DNA of 64,000 nucleotides from Phyllosticta citribraziliensis (Eukaryota): NCBI RefSeq assembly GCF_038025025.1, contig NW_027117338.1, positions 1,860,001 to 1,924,000 of the forward strand, read 5' to 3'. Shown piece by piece: positions 61,364 to 64,000 of this stretch (position 1 is its first letter; each line of letters starts with the position of its first letter). The notes under the pieces were generated by a model. It saw only the letters and a program-made list of their open reading frames with translations, ran no database searches and was not told where the DNA came from. The position numbers and the translations under genes were made by a program.

Positions 61364-63321
61364 AGCAGTCGTCTTGATCCCGCGGAGGGAAAAACACAAA
61401 GGTCTGCCACGCCGGAGCATTCTATTGGATTACTGCCGCATTCGATCTGCGCACAACCAATACCGCAACAGCAATAGCCTCGCTCGCTCGAATTGCCTCT
61501 GTCGAGGCTCGTCCTCGAAGTGCAAGCCACTACATCCACAGAGGTGTTCAGAGACACCACACCGACGGTCCAGCTCTCTGTACGCAGCCAGAACCATTTC
61601 CGGGCATGCAAAGCGCTCTCAAAAGCTAGATTCATCATATTCGACACGCCGCATTAATCAGCGGAGGAGCAACGTGGAGGGAAAAAATCAAGCGAGCGGC
61701 CGTACTTGATACCAAGGATGACCAAGAGATCCAATCTCGCACCTCGGCCAAATTAGAGGCCGCGACCAGGGAGTAGGTACGGTAGAAGCAGTAGCAGCCA
61801 GCAGCATTGACTCGAGTCTTCTCAACATGAAAAGCGAAGCATCCGCTCTCGCGAAAGGATGGTCTACCGCGCTGGCAATGCCGAAAATTATAAAAAAATG
61901 TCCTGCTAGAAGGACATCCGTAGAATCGATAAAAGATGACCACGTAAAACCAAACGCCAGAGGCCACAAACAGCCCAATGGACAATTCATGAAACCTGAA
62001 TACCCTACACTAGTAAAGGCCCAGGGTCCAGCCCAGTGCAAGTCGACAAGAATAGGCACAGTTGACACCCAGCGCGTTTGCGCCGAAACAGAAAAGAGAG
62101 AGCCGCCTGGCGCCGGCGACAAATGACGTTTGCAGGCGGTGCTTGCAGCAGAGGACGATGCTGTACAAGGAACGGTGGTACTGGCACAAGAGCGTCGACA
62201 GGCTAGACCCGAGCGGCATGGGCCGGACAGGTCGACGATTGCTTTGCTAGCCGGGAGAAGCTGGTTTACCAGGGTCAGTGCACGTGTTCTGATTGGTGAG
62301 TAGACTGGACAGGGACCAGGTACGTTGATGGTCGTGAAAGGTGAAACAGTGGAGAGGAGAGCAGCCAAGCGAGCAAGCAAGATGGGGAGGGAAGGGGGTT
62401 TGCTCAATTGCTTGGAAAGTCGGCCCTGCGACAGAGGTGAGGATAGGATATCAAGCAGGTTCTCTTTGCCTTCACTGCGCGCTGCGCTGAGAGTTTATGA
62501 TGATGTGAAAAAGCGGCAAGCTCTAGCTAGGTACCTTCGCGGTAGTAGCCGACGGGGAGTGACCGCATGGAAACAAGATTTGAAACTCTGAAATGTCAAT
62601 TTTAGTGTACACGGCGGTCGTTGGTACCTACAACTATAGGGCCAGCCTGAAAACTGTCGTGCTGCGGTCTCGATGATGCCGTGTCGTCGCTGTCTGCGCA
62701 GACACGGTCACACCACATCCAGCAGCGCGCATGAGTTCCTGGACCCCGAAGCTTAAAAGATGGAAGACGAAATGAATAAAAGACACAAACCCTACGCCTT
62801 GGAATTGAGGAGATTGTATGTGACCTGGACTATATGAAAGGCCGCAAGCTCAGGCGACACTTGGACCGCTTTTTGGACTCATCTTGCTCTTCCAGTACGT
62901 GCTTTGTTTGTATGACAAGGGAAATGGATGGAGACTGAGGTTGCCAAGTTTGCCGACAGAAAAAAAAGAGGTGAGACCTTAGGGTATTCGGCTGGAGAGA
63001 TGGTAGGAACACTGTACGCAGTTCCCTGGGGCAAAGCCAGGAGCGCACACGCTAGTCATTCTGAACCTTTCAACACTGCGAATTGCTCCGAGGGTATAAT
63101 GAATCCAAAAAACAATGAAAGCCAAAAAGAATTTAAGGAAATGATGTGGTAAGGTGGAGGAAGTCGCTTCCGGTCCCTCGGTACAATTGATTCGACCCGA
63201 CGAAGTTGGCTGCGATGCCTTGGTGGTGTTATAGGACGCCCGCTGATCAGACGTGATGGAGGTCCATTCCAGCGATGCTTCTGCTCTAGAACCTCGCGTC
63301 CATAGTATTTGTGCTCAGCAC

Positions 63322-64000
63322 CTATTTGATGTTCTTGAACATGTCGTCGCCGTCGAACGCGCCTCCGTCCAGACCAGAACCTAATTTGTGCAATTCCGGC
63401 AACGTTGGCGGTGGCGGACCTTTCTTCTGGGGCGGCACGGGGGGTTGCCCCTTGGTGGTGGTGGTGGTGGTGGTGGATGGATTGTTGTCCGAGTCGCCGT
63501 TGGGGAGATAGCCTTCGGGAAGACTGCCAATGCCAAACATGGTGCTCGCGCGTTTGCCGAACCAACTGGCGCTCTTTCTCCTCTCTCGGACACTGGGGCG
63601 CGCAGAAGGAGCAAAAGAGCCGCTGGGGCTCTCGGGACGGTTGGGAGGCTGGTTGCTGCGAAGGGAGTCGGCGGAGGAAGCGCTGCGGAAGCCAAGGAAA
63701 CGGCGGACAGAGGAAGCTCTTTTGCCGGCCGAGCTCTCCGTTTTGCTCACGGTGGGACTAAGCATGTTTTTGTCGTTGGGGGAATCGTGCTTGGAGGTGT
63801 TGGTATTGGCGGTGGCTACGCTGACGTTGCGACCGCGCAAATCACCATTGGCCCCGTTGACGTCGTCCTTTTGGATCTTGGGACTGGCGTTTCCCATGGG
63901 ATCTTCGGGGCTGTCCTGGGGAGAGGTGGGATGGGAAGATAGCGGGCCGCCGCCGGGAGTAGGAGGACGAGCTGGAGTCGAGGGCGGCGATTCTTGAGGC
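63322..64000 (-). CDS. Hypothetical S/P-rich protein, 3' part; frame is open to the window end
   Basis: ORF 63322..63897 continues without a stop to 64000 (PQESPPSTPARPPTPGGGP..); ends PPPTLPELHKLGSGLDGGAFDGDDMFKNIK; (GGT)n encodes poly-Thr. Confidence 0.75.
   Translation of the reverse strand, partial: PQESPPSTPARPPTPGGGPLSSHPTSPQDSPEDPMGNASPKIQKDDVNGANGDLRGRNVSVATANTNTSKHDSPNDKNMLSPTVSKTESSAGKRASSVRRFLGFRSASSADSLRSNQPPNRPESPSGSFAPSARPSVRERRKSASWFGKRASTMFGIGSLPEGYLPNGDSDNNPSTTTTTTTKGQPPVPPQKKGPPPPTLPELHKLGSGLDGGAFDGDDMFKNIK

Noticed and set aside
61688..62407. 239-aa minus-strand ORF in the gap after the CCDC174-like gene
   Set aside because: TTG start and no motif; the pyrimidine-rich 5' end looks like UTR or non-coding sequence.

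Overview
Gene-dense eukaryotic DNA from a filamentous ascomycete (Pezizomycotina; short GT-AG introns with CTRAC/CTAAT branch sites; a Dothideomycete is a guess). I can support about 24 protein-coding genes, most assembled by hand across introns. Named genes: SIN1/AVO1 (partial), an ABC1 kinase (CQD1-like), ARP5, IES6, GOT1, a Tyr-type DAHP synthase (ARO4-like), SLH1, YKT6 and HOM6. Family-level calls: a PRCC-domain protein, a 7-exon Zn2Cys6 factor, an alpha/beta hydrolase, a secreted dibasic-site precursor, a Baeyer-Villiger monooxygenase, a DUF3292 protein, a BTB protein, a GH105 hydrolase, an MFS transporter and a CCDC174-like protein, plus several hypotheticals. No transposon, tRNA, rRNA or CRISPR was recognised. 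Most interesting: (1) ARP5 and IES6, partners in one INO80 module, lie head-to-head, and the spacer looks like a spliced IES6 leader carrying box C/D-like RNA elements; (2) a divergent GH105/MFS pair has an exact GaaR element (TCCGCCAAT) in the shared promoter, suggesting a pectin-oligomer import-and-cleave module; (3) a Kex2-type secreted precursor; (4) a GC-AG intron in YKT6; (5) Gcn4/CpcA sites at both amino-acid genes, one of them intronic. Family names come from recalled motifs, not database searches.
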